From the NCBI GenBank assembly GCA_964016885.1, contig OZ024766.1, positions 19,406,001 to 19,470,000 of the forward strand: a stretch of 64,000 nucleotides of DNA, in the 5' to 3' direction. The position numbers and the translations under genes are program-made. The stretch comes from Eledone cirrhosa. Lineage: Eukaryota. Positions 14,250-26,995 of the stretch are shown here, in pieces. A model generated the notes under the pieces. It saw only the letters and a list, made by a program, of their open reading frames with translations. It had not been told where the DNA came from and searched no databases. Each line of letters begins with the position of its first letter. Within the stretch, counting starts at the first letter, position 1.

Positions 14250-17200
14250 CCCCTCACCTCTCCCCGTGCCCCCTGTAAAGTTATGTTGGTGCCACAACAT
14301 CCAGGCCGAAACAAATGAGGTCGTGTAGGTGTCACGACAAAAAACACACACAGTCCACGCTGTAATGTGGCCGTGTAGGTAACACGGTAAAAACCTCCCA
14401 GTCCCACACTGTAAACGTGGTTGGTGTTGGGAAGGGCATCCAGCTGTAGAAAACACGCCAGACAGTCCACGCTGTAATGTGGCCGTGTAGGCAACACGGT
14501 AAAAACCTCCCAGTCCCACACTGTAAATGTGGTTGGTGTTAGGAAGGGCATCCAGCTGTAGAAAACACGCCAGACAGTCCACGCTGTAATGTGGCCGTGT
14601 AGGCAACACGGTAAAAACCTCCCATCCCACACTGTAAATGTGGTTGGTGTTAGGAAGGGCATCCAGCTGTAGAAAACACGCCAGACAGTCCACGCTGTAA
14701 TGTGGCCGTGTAGGCAACACGGTAAAAACCTCCCAGTCCCACACTGTAAATGTGGTTGGTGTTAGGAAGGGCATCCAGCTGTAGAAAACACGCCAGACAG
14801 TCCACGCTGTAATGTGGCCGTGTAGGCAACACGGTAAAAACCTCCCAGACCCACACTGTAAATGTGGTTGGTGTTAGGAAGGGCATCCAGCTGTAGAAAA
14901 CACGCCAGACAGTCCACGCTGTAATGTGGCCGTGTAGGCAACACGGTAAAAACCTCCCATCCCACACTGTAAATGTGGTTGGTGTTAGGAAGGGCATCCA
15001 GCTGTAGAAAACCTGCCAGACAGTCCACGCTGTAATGTGGCCGTGTAGGCAACACGGTAAAAACCTCCCAGCCCCACACTGTAAATGTGGTTGGTGTTAG
15101 GAAGGGCATCCAGCTGTAGAAAACACGCCAGACAGTCCACGCTGTAATGTGGCCGTGTAGGCAACACGGTAAAAACCTCCCAGACCCACACTGTAAATGT
15201 GGTTGGTGTTAGGAAGGGCATCCAGCTGTAGAAAACACGCCAGACAGTCCACGCTGTAATGTGGCCGTGTAGGCAACACGGTAAAAACCTCCCAGACCCA
15301 CACTGTAAATGTGGTTGGTGTTAGGAAGGGCATCCAGCTGTAGAAAACCCGCCAGACAGTCCACGCTGTAATGTGGCCGTGTAGGCAACACGGTAAAAAC
15401 CTCCCAGCCCCACACTGTAAATGTGGTTGGTGTTAGGAAGGGCATCCAGCTGTAGAAAACACGCCAGACAGTCCACGCTGTAATGTGGCCGTGTAGGCAA
15501 CACGGTAAAAACCTCCCAGACCCACACTGTAAATGTGGTTGGTGTTAGGAAGGGCATCCAGCTGTAGAAAACACGCCAGACAGTCCACGCTGTAATGTGG
15601 CCGTGTAGGCAACACGGTAAAAACCTCCCAGACCCACACTGTAAATGTGGTTGGTGTTAGGAAGGGCATCCAGCCGTAGAAAACCCGCCAGACAGTCCAC
15701 GCTGTAATGTGGCCGTGTAGGCAACACGGTAAAAACCTCCCAGACCCACACTGTAAATGTGGTTGGTGTTAGGAAGGGCATCCAGCCGTAGAAAACCCGC
15801 CAGACAGTCCACGCTGTAATGTGGCCGTGTAGGCAACACGGTAAAAACCTCCCAGACCCACACTGTAAATGTGGTTGGTGTTAGGAAGGGCATCCAGCTG
15901 TAGAAAACCCGCCAGACAGTCCACGCTGTAATGTGGCCGTGTAGGCAACACGGTAAAAACCTCCCAGTCCCACACTGTAAATGTGGTTGGTGTTAGGAAG
16001 GGCATCCAGCTGTAGAAAACACGCCAGACAGTCCACGCTGTAATGTGGCCGTGTAGGCAACACGGTAAAAACCTCCCAGTCCCACACTGTAAATGTGGTT
16101 GGTGTTAGGAAGGGCATCCAGCTGTAGAAAACACGCCAGACAGTCCACGCTGTAATGTGGCCGTGTAGGCAACACGGTAAAAACCTCCCATCCCACACTG
16201 TAAATGTGGTTGGTGTTAGGAAGGGCATCCAGCTGTAGAAAACACGCCAGACAGTCCACGCTGTAATGTGGCCGTGTAGGCAACACGGTAAAAACCTCCC
16301 AGTCCCACACTGTAAATGTGGTTGGTGTTAGGAAGGGCATCCAGCTGTAGAAAACCTGCCAGACAGTCCACGCTGTAATGTGGCCGTGTAGGTAACACGG
16401 TAAAAACCTCCCAGTCCCACACTGTAAATGTGGTTGGTGTTAGGAAGGGCATCCAGCTGTAGAAAACCCGCCAGACAGTCCACGCTGTAATGTGGCCGTG
16501 TAGGCAACACGGTAAAAACCTCCCAGTCCCACACTGTAAATGTGGTTGGTGTTAGGAAGGGCATCCAGCTGTAGAAAACACGCCAGACAGTCCACGCTGT
16601 AATGTGGCCGTGTAGGCAACACGGTAAAAACCTCCCAGTCCCACACTGTAAATGTGGTTGGTGTTAGGAAGGGCATCCAGCTGTAGAAAACACGCCAGAC
16701 AGTCCACGCTGTAATGTGGCCGTGTAGGTAACACGGTAAAAACCTCCCAGTCCCACACTGTAAATGTGGTTGGTGTTAGGAAGGGCATCCAGCTGTAGAA
16801 AACCCGCCAGACAGTCCACGCTGTAATGTGGCCGTGTAGGCAACACGGTAAAAACCTCCCAGTCCCACACTGTAAATGTGGTTGGTGTTAGGAAGGGCAT
16901 CCAGCTGTAGAAAACACGCCAGACAGTCCACGCTGTAATGTGGCCGTGTAGGTAACACGGTAAAAACCTCCCAGTCCCACACTGTAAATGTGGTTGGTGT
17001 TAGGAAGGGCATCCAGCTGTAGAAAACCCGCCAGACAGTCCACGCTGTAATGTGGCCGTGTAGGCAACACGGTAAAAACCTCCCATCCCACACTGTAAAT
17101 GTGGTTGGTGTTAGGAAGGGCATCCAGCTGTAGAAAACACGCCAGACAGTCCACGCTGTAATGTGGCCGTGTAGGCAACACGGTAAAAACCTCCCATCCC

Positions 17201-17465
17201 ACACTGTAAATGTGGTTGGTGTTAGGAAGGGCATCCAGCTGTAGAAAACCCGCCAGACAGTCCACGCTGTAATGTGGCCATGTAGGCAACACGGTAAAAA
17301 CCTCCCAGCCCCACACTGTAAACGTGGTTGGTGTTAGGAAGGGCATCCAGCCGTAGAAAACCCGCCAGACAGTCCTATGCGAGCAAGACAACCACTCTTG
17401 CCTCAAGTGGGAAAACCCCCGTCCAAACCCATGCAAGCGTTAAACGATGATGATGATGATGATGA
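14250..17465 (+). mobile_element. Non-autonomous retroelement with (GAT)n tail and an internal 112-bp array (~27 copies, 14351-17375)
   Basis: Homologous to the short copy at 46289-46913. Ends ...CCCGTCCAAACCCATGCAAGCG...GATGATGATGAT. The unit shares GGTTGGTGTTAGGAAGGGCATCCAGCTGTAGAAA with the SINE 3' region. Confidence 0.85.
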
Positions 17466-20190
17466 AGACTTGTCCTAAATAGAACTACTGTGACAATAAT
17501 ATCCGCTTATGCGCCCCAATCTGGACTGCTTGGTGTTATAAAAGACAGGTTCTATGAGTCGCTAATGCACACTACCTCCCAAATAACCGACAGTGACTAC
17601 TTAATTATTGCTAGCGATCTAAACAGTCACGTTGGACAACATAGTGATGGCTATGATGGAAACCATGGAGGCTATGGGTTTGGTACTAGAAATGAGGAAG
17701 GCTCCAGAATCCTGGAATTCTGTGACACTAATAACCTAACTCTCTGTAACACAAACTTGAAAAAACGAGACAATCACTTGGTCACCTACAGATCAGGGGA
17801 ACACACCAGCCAGATAGATTATATCCTTACTAGAAGACGTGACAGAGTGTCTGTTGTAAACACTAAATCCCTCCCCCATGAAGAATGCATCTCCCAGCAT
17901 AGCCTCATAGTTAGTGACCTCATAGTCAGGACTAGACGTACTCAACGACAGAGCAGGACTACCTTGAAGAGAAGAATATGGAAGTTGAAGGACCCCACAG
18001 CCAGTAACAAATTTAAAAGCATATTACTTGATGCTTTTGACAGTAAGGAAGAGCAATTAGAGACGTGCAATAGAGAGGAACAGTGGGAATTCCTGAATGT
18101 GAACCTGCTGAAGGCGACAGATGAAATCTGTGGCTGGAGCAGACCTATAGGCAGGAGGAGAGTAACTTGGTGGTGGAACTGTAAGGTGGAGGAGTCAATC
18201 AAGGCCAAAAAGCAGGCTTGGGGTAGTAGAGAGCACTATCAAGTGGCCAGGAGAGAAGCTAGGAGACAAGTGTACCTTGCAAGAAGGGTAGCAGAGGATA
18301 GAAAGTTCAAGCATTTTCTGGAACAAGAGGATCAAAAACGTGAGGTGTTCAGGATTGCTAGACAATGTGTCAAGGAAAACTATGATATAGAGGAACAGTG
18401 GGAATTCCTGAAAGCAAACCTGCTGATGGCGGCAGACGAAGTCTGTGGCCGGAGCAGGCCTATAGGCAGGAGGAGAGTAACATGGTGGTGGAACAGTAAG
18501 GTGGAGGAGTCGATTAAGGCCAAAAAGCAGGCTTGGAAAGTATGGTGGGATGGGGGAAGTAGAGAAGACTATCAAGTGGCCAGGAGGGAAGCTAGGAGAC
18601 AAGTGTACCTTGCAAGAAGGGTAGCAGAGGATAGAAGGTTCAAGCATTTTCTGGAACAAGAGGATCAAAAACGTGAGGTGTTCAGGATTGCTAGACAATG
18701 TGACAAGGAAAACCGTGATATTGTCGGGGAGAAGTGAGTCCGTAATGATAACGGTGTACTTGCCCTTACTGATACTGATAAGATAGCCTGGAAGTGTCAC
18801 TATGAGAGGCTACTAAATAAGGAGAATAAATAAGGAAAAGATAGTCTGCCCCAAATCGATCCAATAGAAGGACCAGCAGTGTATTAATGGTAGTATAGTC
18901 ATCATCATCACCCTGCTTGCAAGGGTGGGATGGGAACTGATTCTGGCTTGATTTCTACAGCTGGATGCCCTTCCTAACACCAACCTCATTTACAGTGAGT
19001 GCTGGGTGCTTATTTTGCTGTGGCACCTCCACGACCACTTTACAGTGAGGGCTGGGTGCTTTTTTGCCGTGGCACCTCCACGACCACTTTACAGTGAGTG
19101 CTGGGTGCTTTTTTTGCTGTAGCGCCTCCACGACCACTTTACAGTGAGGGCTGGGTGCTTTTTTGCCGTGGCACCTCCATGACCACTTTACAGTGAGTGC
19201 TGGGTGCTTTTTTGCCGTGGCACCTCCACGACCACTTTACAGTGAGTGCTGGGTGCTTTGTTGCCGTGGCACCTCCACGACCACTTTACAGTGTGGGCTG
19301 GGTGCTTTTTTTGCCGTGGCACCTCCACGACCACTTTACAGTGAGTGCTGGGTGTTTTTTTTGCCGTGGCTCCTCCACGACCACTTTACAGTGAGTGCTG
19401 GGTGCTTTTTTGCCGTGGCACCTCCACGACCACTTTACAGTGTGGGCTGGGTGCTTTTTTTGCCGTGGCACCTCCACGACCACTTTACAGTGAGTGCTGG
19501 GTGTTTTTTTTGCCGTGGCACCTCCACGACCACTTTACAGTGTGGGCTGGGTGCTTTTTTTGCTGTGGCACCTCCACGACCACTTTACAGTGAGGGATGG
19601 GTGCTTTTTTTGCCGTGGCACCTCCACGACCACTTTACAGTGAGTGCTGGGTGCTTTTTTTGCTGTGGCACCTCCACGACCACTTTACAGTGAGTGCTGG
19701 GTGCTTTTTTTGCTGTGGCACCTCCACACCACTTTACAGTGGAATGATAGAGACCCCATCTCATTTCTACAGCTGAGTAAACTGGAGCAATGTGAAATAA
19801 AGTGTCTTGCTTAAGGAAACAACACATCACCCGGTCTGAGAATTGAACTCACAACTTTCGATTGCAAAGCCAATGCTCTAACCACTAAGCCATGTGCCTC
19901 CATTATAATAAGTAAGGCAATCAAAGATATGAAGACAGGCAAGGCAGCTGGGCCTTCGGAGATAGTTGCTGAGATGTTGAAGGCATCTGGTATGGTGGGA
20001 CATACTATGGTCACCCGTATAGTAAACCAAGTAATACAGAATGGGGTCATACCAAAGGACTGGTGTAGCGGCATCATCATTAACTGCTACAAGGGTAAAG
20101 GGGATGCTCTAGATAGGGGAAACTATAGAGGCATTAAGTTAGTTGACAAGGTCATGAAGCTCACAGAGAGCGAATTGGTCAAGGTGAAAT
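17466..20190 (+). mobile_element. Truncated RTE-clade LINE (AP endonuclease, linker, start of RT), interrupted by a SINE
   Basis: IISAYAPQ...SDLNSHVG...RNEEGSRILEFC...SQIDYIL...SQHSLIV (APE); VTWWWN; KTGKAAGPSEI...PKDW...KGKGD...NYRGIKL (RT N-terminus). Stops are present. Confidence 0.92.
18901..19900 (-). mobile_element. Second copy of the CORE-type SINE with a 49-bp array (~15 copies)
   Basis: Reverse complement of the 5413-6370 element: head GGAGGCACATGGCTTAGTGG at ~19900 and (GAT)n tail at 18901. Confidence 0.9.
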
Positions 20191-20215
20191 GCAAAGGTGA
20201 GGAAAGACAATTTGG

Positions 20216-22078
20216 GTTACACATACATCTACTGAGTTACATACACATCTACTGAGTTACATACACATCTACTGAGTTACACACATACATCTACTGAGTT
20301 ACACATACATCTACTGAGTTACACATACATCTACTGAGTTACATACACATCTACTGAGCTACACACATACATCTACTGAGTTACACATACATCTACTGAG
20401 TTACACATACATCTACTGAGTTACATACACATCTACTGAGTTACATACACATCTACTGAGTTACATACACATCTACTGAGTTACACACACATCTACTGAG
20501 CTACACACATACATCTACTGAGTTACACATACATCTACTGAGTTACACATACATCTACTGAGTTACACACATCTACTGAGTTACATACACATCTACTGAG
20601 TTACACACACATCTACTGAGTTACATACACATCTACTGAGTTACACACACATCTACTGAGTTACACACACATCTACTGAGTTACACACACATCTACTGAG
20701 TTACATACACATCTACTGAGTTACACACACATCTACTGAGTTACACACACATCTACTGAGTTACATACACATCTACTGAGTTACACACACATCTACTGAG
20801 TTACACACACATCTACTGAGTTACACACACATCTACTCAGTTACACACACATCTACAGAGTTACATACACATCTACTGAGTTATACACACATCTACTGAG
20901 TTACACACACATCTACTGAGTTACACACACATCTACAGAGTTACATACACATCTACTGAGTTACACACACATCTACTGAGTTACACACACATCTACTGAG
21001 TTACACACACATCTACTGAGCTACACACATCTACTGAGTTACATACACATCTACTGAGTTACACACACATCTACTGAGTTACATACACATCTACTCAGTT
21101 ACACATACATCTACTGAGTTACACATACACATCTACTGAGTTACAGACACATCTACTGAGTTATACATACATCTACTGAGTTACACACACATCTACTGAG
21201 TTACACATACATCTACTGAGTTACATACACATCTACTGAGTTACATACACATCTACTGAGTTACACACACATCTACTGAGTTACACACACATCTACTGAG
21301 TTATACACACATCTACTGAGTTACACACACATCTACTGAGTTATACACACATCTACTGAGTTACACACACATCTACTGAGTTATACACACATCTACTGAG
21401 TTATACACACATTTACTGAGTTATACACACATCTACTGAGTTACACACACATCTACTGAGTTACACACACATCTACTGAGTTACATACACATCTTCTGAG
21501 TTACACACACATCTACTGAGTTACATACACATCTACTCAGTTACACACACATCTACTGAGTTACATACACATCTACTGAGTTACACACACATCTACAGAG
21601 TTACACACACATCTACTGAGTTATACCCATATCTACTGAGCTAGACACACATCTACTGAGATACATACACATCTACTCAGTTACATACACATCTACTGAG
21701 TTACACACACATCTACTGAGTTACACACACATCTACTGAGTTATACACACATCTACTGAGTTACATACACATCTACTGAGTTACATACACATCTACTCAG
21801 TTACACACACATCTACTGAGTTATACACACATCTACTGAGTTATACACACATCTACTGAGTTACACACACATCTACTGAGTTACACATACACATCTACTG
21901 AGTTATACACACATCTGAGTTACACACACATCTACTGAGTTACACACACATCTACTGAGTTACATACACATCTACTCAGTTACACACACATCTACTGAGT
22001 TACACACACATCTACTGAGTTATACACACATCTACTGAGTTATACACACATCTACTGAGTTACACACACATCTACTCA
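20216..22078. repeat. 20-bp minisatellite CTACTGAGTTACACACACAT (~90 copies)
   Basis: Directly visible; longest of six arrays. Confidence 0.98.
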
Positions 22079-22124
22079 TATATATTTATAAATAGACACA
22101 TTATACAAAATAATTATTATATAC

Positions 22125-22225
22125 ACTCACATCTATGAATGATTGAGGAAGAGCTGGTGAAACACTATAGCAATATGTGTGTTTCACCCCTTTTGGTTTT
22201 ACCGGCTACATAGCCTATCCGTATT
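22125..22225 (-). promoter_or_regulatory. Predicted 5' splice donor (GAT|GTGAGT) and non-coding first exon with hairpin (also at 28859, 35593, 43618, 52812, 59580)
   Basis: ACTCAC on + (consensus GTGAGT donor; GTGTGT in two copies), next to the inverted repeat GGTGAAACAC/GTGTTTCACC at 22156-22188. One copy lies upstream of each complete ZNF gene. Confidence 0.5.
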
Positions 22226-22920
22226 CTTATATCAGGTGTGAAGGTGTATTATCTTGTCTAGTTTGTATAATGTATGTATGTATATATACAGTACATATAC
22301 ACATATATATATGCTCATATACATGAATACATATATATATATACACATATATTTATACTTTATATATATATATATACTTTATATATATACATATATATAC
22401 TTTATATATATAAAGTATATATAAATATTTAGACAGAAAATAGGGGAAAAATTAGTCAGAAATATTTTAAATATAAAACGGAATAAATTAATGAAAGAAA
22501 CGTAAAACAGATAAAAATTGTTGAAATACCTTGAAAATATAAAATATAGAAGAAAGAGGCAGGAATTGATTGAGTTTGAAGTAAATTAATGAATGAACGA
22601 AAGTAGGTGGGGCAGGAACAGGAAGTAAAGACAGTAGAGTCTCGCAGTGAATGGTAAGGTTTAGAGTAAGAATTATTTTATTCCTGGTTGTATCAATAAC
22701 ATTACAAATATCAAGTAGATAAAAAAATATATACGTACACATATATATATATATATATTTTATATAAATATATATACATATTTATACATGTAAAGTTATA
22801 TTTAAAATTGTTGGGTTACAACTAGTAAATATTTATAACTGATATAAAAGCACTCGACAAATACTTGGAGTATATTTACAATATTAAATAAATGGAAAAC
22901 TATATTTATAAAACCATATC

Positions 22921-22986
22921 TATTTCATTATATATATTTCGGGGATATCATATTAACAATATGCTATGCCTTCATCAGACAAAATA
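22921..22986 (-). ncRNA. Minimal type I hammerhead ribozyme motif in a Penelope-like relic (~22790-23075)
   Basis: Minus strand: UAUUUUGU-CUGAUGA-AGGCAUAGCAUAUU-GUU-AAUAUGAUAUCCCC-GAAA-UAUAUA-UA/AUGAAAUA. Intact core; stem I has 8 bp including 2 GU; stem III is short and palindromic. Confidence 0.6.
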
Positions 22987-23137
22987 CAATATAAACAGTT
23001 TTATAGATAAATATATTCGACATACCGTAATAAACATCAACTTCATTTGAAGAGGTTCACTCTAGCAGTGAGAATACAGAGAGAAAGAAAGAGAGAGAGA
23101 AAAGAGGGAAATAGGAAAGAAAGAAAGACAAAATGTG

Positions 23138-23168
<31 letters not shown>

Positions 23169-23175
23169 TTATATA

Positions 23176-23209
<34 letters not shown>

Positions 23210-23216
23210 TATATAA

Positions 23217-23249
<33 letters not shown>

Positions 23250-23409
23250 CACACCAGGTCAAAAAAAGATATAGAGAAAGTACAGGTTCGCAGTGAATAT
23301 CTCAAGAATTATTTTATTCCTAGTTTTGTATATATACATACACATAAATGTGTGTATATATATATATATACACATAAATATGTGTATATATATATATATA
23401 TACACATAA

Positions 23410-23456
<47 letters not shown>

Positions 23457-23460
<4 letters not shown>

Positions 23461-23900
23461 TACCAATGAATACAGTGAAGAATTTAGTATAAAAGTTGGT
23501 GTTCATCAAGGCTCTGTCCTTAGCCCCCTCCTATTTATTATTGCCCTTCAGACTAAAACAGGAGTTTAAGACTGGCTGCCCATGGGAACGTCTATACACA
23601 GATTATCTAACAGCTGAACTAGATAAGATATTCCAAACATGGAAGCATGGCCTAGAATCAAAAGGCCGTAAAGTTAACTTGTCTAAGACTAAAGTTCTAG
23701 TTTGTAGGAAGGAAAATAGGGCACAGGTGCCCTCTGGGAAATGGCCATGTTCAGTGTGTAGGAAAGGAGTAGGTAGAAATTCCATTTTATCTCCCAAATA
23801 CAAACTATGGGTACATAACAGACGTACTGGGAACACAGGCCAGCTATCTAAGAAAGTAGATTTTATATGTGGCTGATGCTCAGGTGCAATAAGTAGCAAG
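23457..23900 (+). mobile_element. RTE RT fragment in the tandem unit
   Basis: [11 protein letters not shown]...GCPWExLYTDxL followed by the Cys-rich KWPCSVCRKGVGRNSI segment; frameshifted. Confidence 0.88.
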
Positions 23901-24292
23901 TTCCAGACGTCAGACCTTCAATATATCCATACCCAGGGAGGCAAGGCATTCAGAGTATGGTAGATACTTGATGGAGGGTATTCACTTGGTTGCACGTCTC
24001 TAAGCAAATTCCAGGAGGTCAATGATCTGAGCAAGACAGGGGTTCCAGACTCGTGATGCAATTTCTAAGTGTGGCCGCACCATAGCTATTTACAGCTTTA
24101 AATAGATAGATAAATGCATGGTTGTACACATGTACACAGCCAGCTTGAGTTGCCAGTCCGTGGTCCATTGCTGCATTGTGTCCAGATCTAGTGTTCAGGA
24201 TCTGTCCTTTTTATCTCAAGGGACAGCTCGATGTCATCTGCATATTTCAGTACTGTGACACTCTTTAAGTTGCCATCTATGTCATTAATAGA
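23900..24292 (-). mobile_element. CR1-like LINE RT fragment (also ~30475-30868, 37089-37363, 45160-45555, 54140-54535, 61185-61580)
   Basis: Minus strand: INDIDGNLKSVTVLKYADD, DLDTMQQWTTDWQLKL, VRPHLEIASRVWNP...RRATK, matching CR1 RT and C-terminal motifs. Confidence 0.8.
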
Positions 24293-24294
24293 TG

Positions 24295-24928
24295 TGTAAC
24301 GGAATTCTCCTATAAATTACCTGCCGAAGATTCAAAACCGAATCTAAAAGTTCTCGCATCTGGGACCACCTATCGTTGCGAGTTTCCCACCATTGTCCTG
24401 TCAAGAGACAGCAATGATGAACATACATGCCACTTGACCTGTGACCCCAGCTTCAAGATAGCTGAAACTCACGTGGCTACTCATAAATCAACCCTGTATA
24501 CACATCCTTCTAGCTATAGGGTTATTATAAATACAAGTACAAAGGGAATCCAGCAGCCAGACCACGAAGCAGTAGTCCTTAAGAGAAAAATGTGAAACAT
24601 TCACATTCTACAGACCTCTTGGGGTCTACAGACTTCTACTGACCTTTTACTCTATCTCTCTCTCCTGGCCTTACTGGCTCTCACCTTCTTGGCCACAGAC
24701 TACGCCACCAGACAAGAGAGACCGAAGAAGCAGTCCTTGAGAGGAATAACAAATACTAAGGATACACACACACTCAGTAGGTTTCATTATACTGTTTACT
24801 TCTGGGTTTTATCTATTCTTTTGTCTTCCTGTTGAATCACTTCTCGTGTATCGTTGTATTGATACATACATACACGCTAGCTCGAAGTAGCTAGTCAGCA
24901 AATTGATGTAGTGATAATTCCTGTCACA
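24295..24928. mobile_element. Solo-LTR-like element, ~630 bp (also 30871-31481, 37364-37820 partial, 45557-46189, 54537-55169, 61582-62219)
   Basis: Begins TGTAACGGAATT and ends AATTCCTGTCACA (TG...CA, imperfect terminal inverted repeat); internal TATAAATA. No TSD seen. Confidence 0.45.
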
Positions 24929-25215
24929 ATTTTTATTACTTGATGTTCAATGTAGACACAAGTTAATATTGTTATTGTAAAATAAACATTGTTAACATCA
25001 CAATTTTGGCATTATTCTTTTTATCATTCATACACAAAAGAATACATTTATCCACTACATATGCAACAAACAAAAGGGGACACAAATTTCTACACACATA
25101 CATTCACATATATATAGCGTGTGTAAATTCTGAACAATACAGATTTGTCAGCACAAGTCTTGGTTACAACTTCTACAAATAAAATGAAAGGAGAAGAATT
25201 TCTTAGTAAAACAGT

Positions 25216-25221
25216 TTTATT
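25216..25221 (-). terminator. Putative AATAAA poly(A) signal of Z1 (also 31769, 38109, 47107, 55455, 62507)
   Basis: Conserved position at the end of the finger-derived 3' UTR in all units and in the diverged Z0. Confidence 0.55.
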
Positions 25222-25804
25222 CAAAATATTAACATTGGTGGCACAATTTTGGGTGAGTGGTATGGTTTTTATCTTGTCTGATTGTGTTGCATTAAGTAAT
25301 CTTTACAAGAGAATAATTTACCACAGACATCACAGTGATATAGTTCCTCTCCTGTATATGTTAGTGTCTAGTGAAGCCACAACATTTAGAGAATGATTTA
25401 CTGAAGACATTACAGTGATATAGTTCCTCTCCTGTGAATGTTAGTGCCGAATGAAGTGAGTTATTTCAGAGAATGATTTCCCACAGATATCACAGTGATA
25501 TGGTTTCTGTCCTGTATGTATGTGTTTGTGTCTAATTGAACAAGCTATCATGGATAACAATTTACCACAAATATTACAGTGATATGGCTTTTCTCCAGTA
25601 TATATATGTTTGTATGAAGGTAAGTAGCAATGAAAGAGAATAGCACAGTGGCATGGCTTCTCATATGAATGTATTTGTGTTTAATTCACCATTTTCAGAC
25701 AATGAGATATTTTTTGGTAATGGGTTCTCACCCATATGGGTATATTTGTGCCTAGTTAAACTACTTGATACAGAGAATAATTTACCACAGATATCGCAGT
25801 GGTA

Positions 25805-26995
25805 TCACTTGTCTCCTGTATGGGTACGTATGTGTTTAGTTAAGTTACTACTTACAGAGAATGATTTACCACAGATATCGCAGTGGTATGGCTTGTCTCC
25901 TGTATGTATACGTCTGTGTCTAGTTAAGTGACTATGTTGAGAAAATGATATACCACAGATATCACAGTGGTATGGCTTGTCTCCAGTATGGGTACGTTTG
26001 TGTGTCGTTAAGGTACTACTTTCAGAGAATGATTTACCACAGATATCGCAGTGGTATGGCTTCTCTCCTGTATGGGTACGTTTGTGTGTCGTTAAGATCC
26101 TACTTTCAGAGAATAATTTACCACAGATATCACAGTTGAATGGCTTGTCTCCTGTATGCATACGTTTGTGGCAAGTTAAGTTGCTACTTCGAGAGAATGA
26201 TTTACCACAGATATCACAGTGGTATGGCTTGTCTCCTGTATGGATACGTTTGTGTCTAGTTAAGGTACTACTATCAGAGAATGATTTACCACAGATATCA
26301 CAGTGGTATGGCTTGTCTCCTGTATGCATACGTTTGTGGCCCGTTAAGTTGCTACTTTGAGAGAATGATTTACCACAGATTTCGCAGTGGTATGGCTTGT
26401 CAGCTGTATGTATATGTTTGTGTTGAGTTAAGGTACTACTAACAGAGAATGATATACCACAGATATCACAGTGGTATGGCTTGTCTCCTGTATGTGTACG
26501 TACGTGTGTAGTTAAGTGAGTACTTTGAGAGAATGATTTACCACAGATATCACAGTGGTGTGGCTTGTCTCCTGTATGCATACGTTTGTGGCAAGTTAAG
26601 TTGCTACTGTGAGAGAATGATTTGCCACAGATTTCGCAGTGGTATGGCTTGTCTGCTTTATGTATATGTTTGTGTTGAGTTAAGGTACTACTAAAAGAGA
26701 ATGATTTACCACAGATATCACAGTGGTATGGCTTGTCTCCTGTATGCATACGTTTGTGGCAAGTTAAGTTGCTACTTTGAGAGAATGATTTACCACAGAT
26801 ATCACAGTGGTATGGCTTGTCTCCTGTATGCATACGTTTGTGTGGAATTAACTGACAATTTTGAGAGAATGATTTACCACAGATATCACAGTGATATGGT
26901 TTCTCTCCTCTAGACTTTGGCATCTCTTCTGGAATAGCCATATCTCTAGACAATGTTTCACATTTAATCTTCTTCTCACTCAATTTAGTTTCCAT
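25805..26995 (-). CDS. C2H2 zinc-finger protein Z1, 13 fingers (a 14th lies beyond a TGA)
   Basis: 396-aa [12 protein letters not shown] start preceded by an in-frame TAA; TGDKPYH linkers. Confidence 0.92.
   Translation of the reverse strand: METKLSEKKIKCETLSRDMAIPEEMPKSRGEKPYHCDICGKSFSQNCQLIPHKRMHTGDKPYHCDICGKSFSQSSNLTCHKRMHTGDKPYHCDICGKSFSFSSTLTQHKHIHKADKPYHCEICGKSFSHSSNLTCHKRMHTGDKPHHCDICGKSFSQSTHLTTHVRTHTGDKPYHCDICGISFSVSSTLTQHKHIHTADKPYHCEICGKSFSQSSNLTGHKRMHTGDKPYHCDICGKSFSDSSTLTRHKRIHTGDKPYHCDICGKSFSRSSNLTCHKRMHTGDKPFNCDICGKLFSESRILTTHKRTHTGEKPYHCDICGKSFSESSTLTTHKRTHTGDKPYHCDICGISFSQHSHLTRHRRIHTGDKPYHCDICGKSFSVSSNLTKHIRTHTGDK

Noticed and set aside
11369-17375. CRISPR-like arrays or families of small 65-115 aa ORFs
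   Set aside because: Head-to-tail repeats with no unique spacers and no cas genes; they derive from retroelement sequence.
22143-22190. Hammerhead-like TTGAGGA...GAAACAC...GTGTT on the plus strand
   Set aside because: No credible stem II and a weak stem I; kept only as a hairpin.
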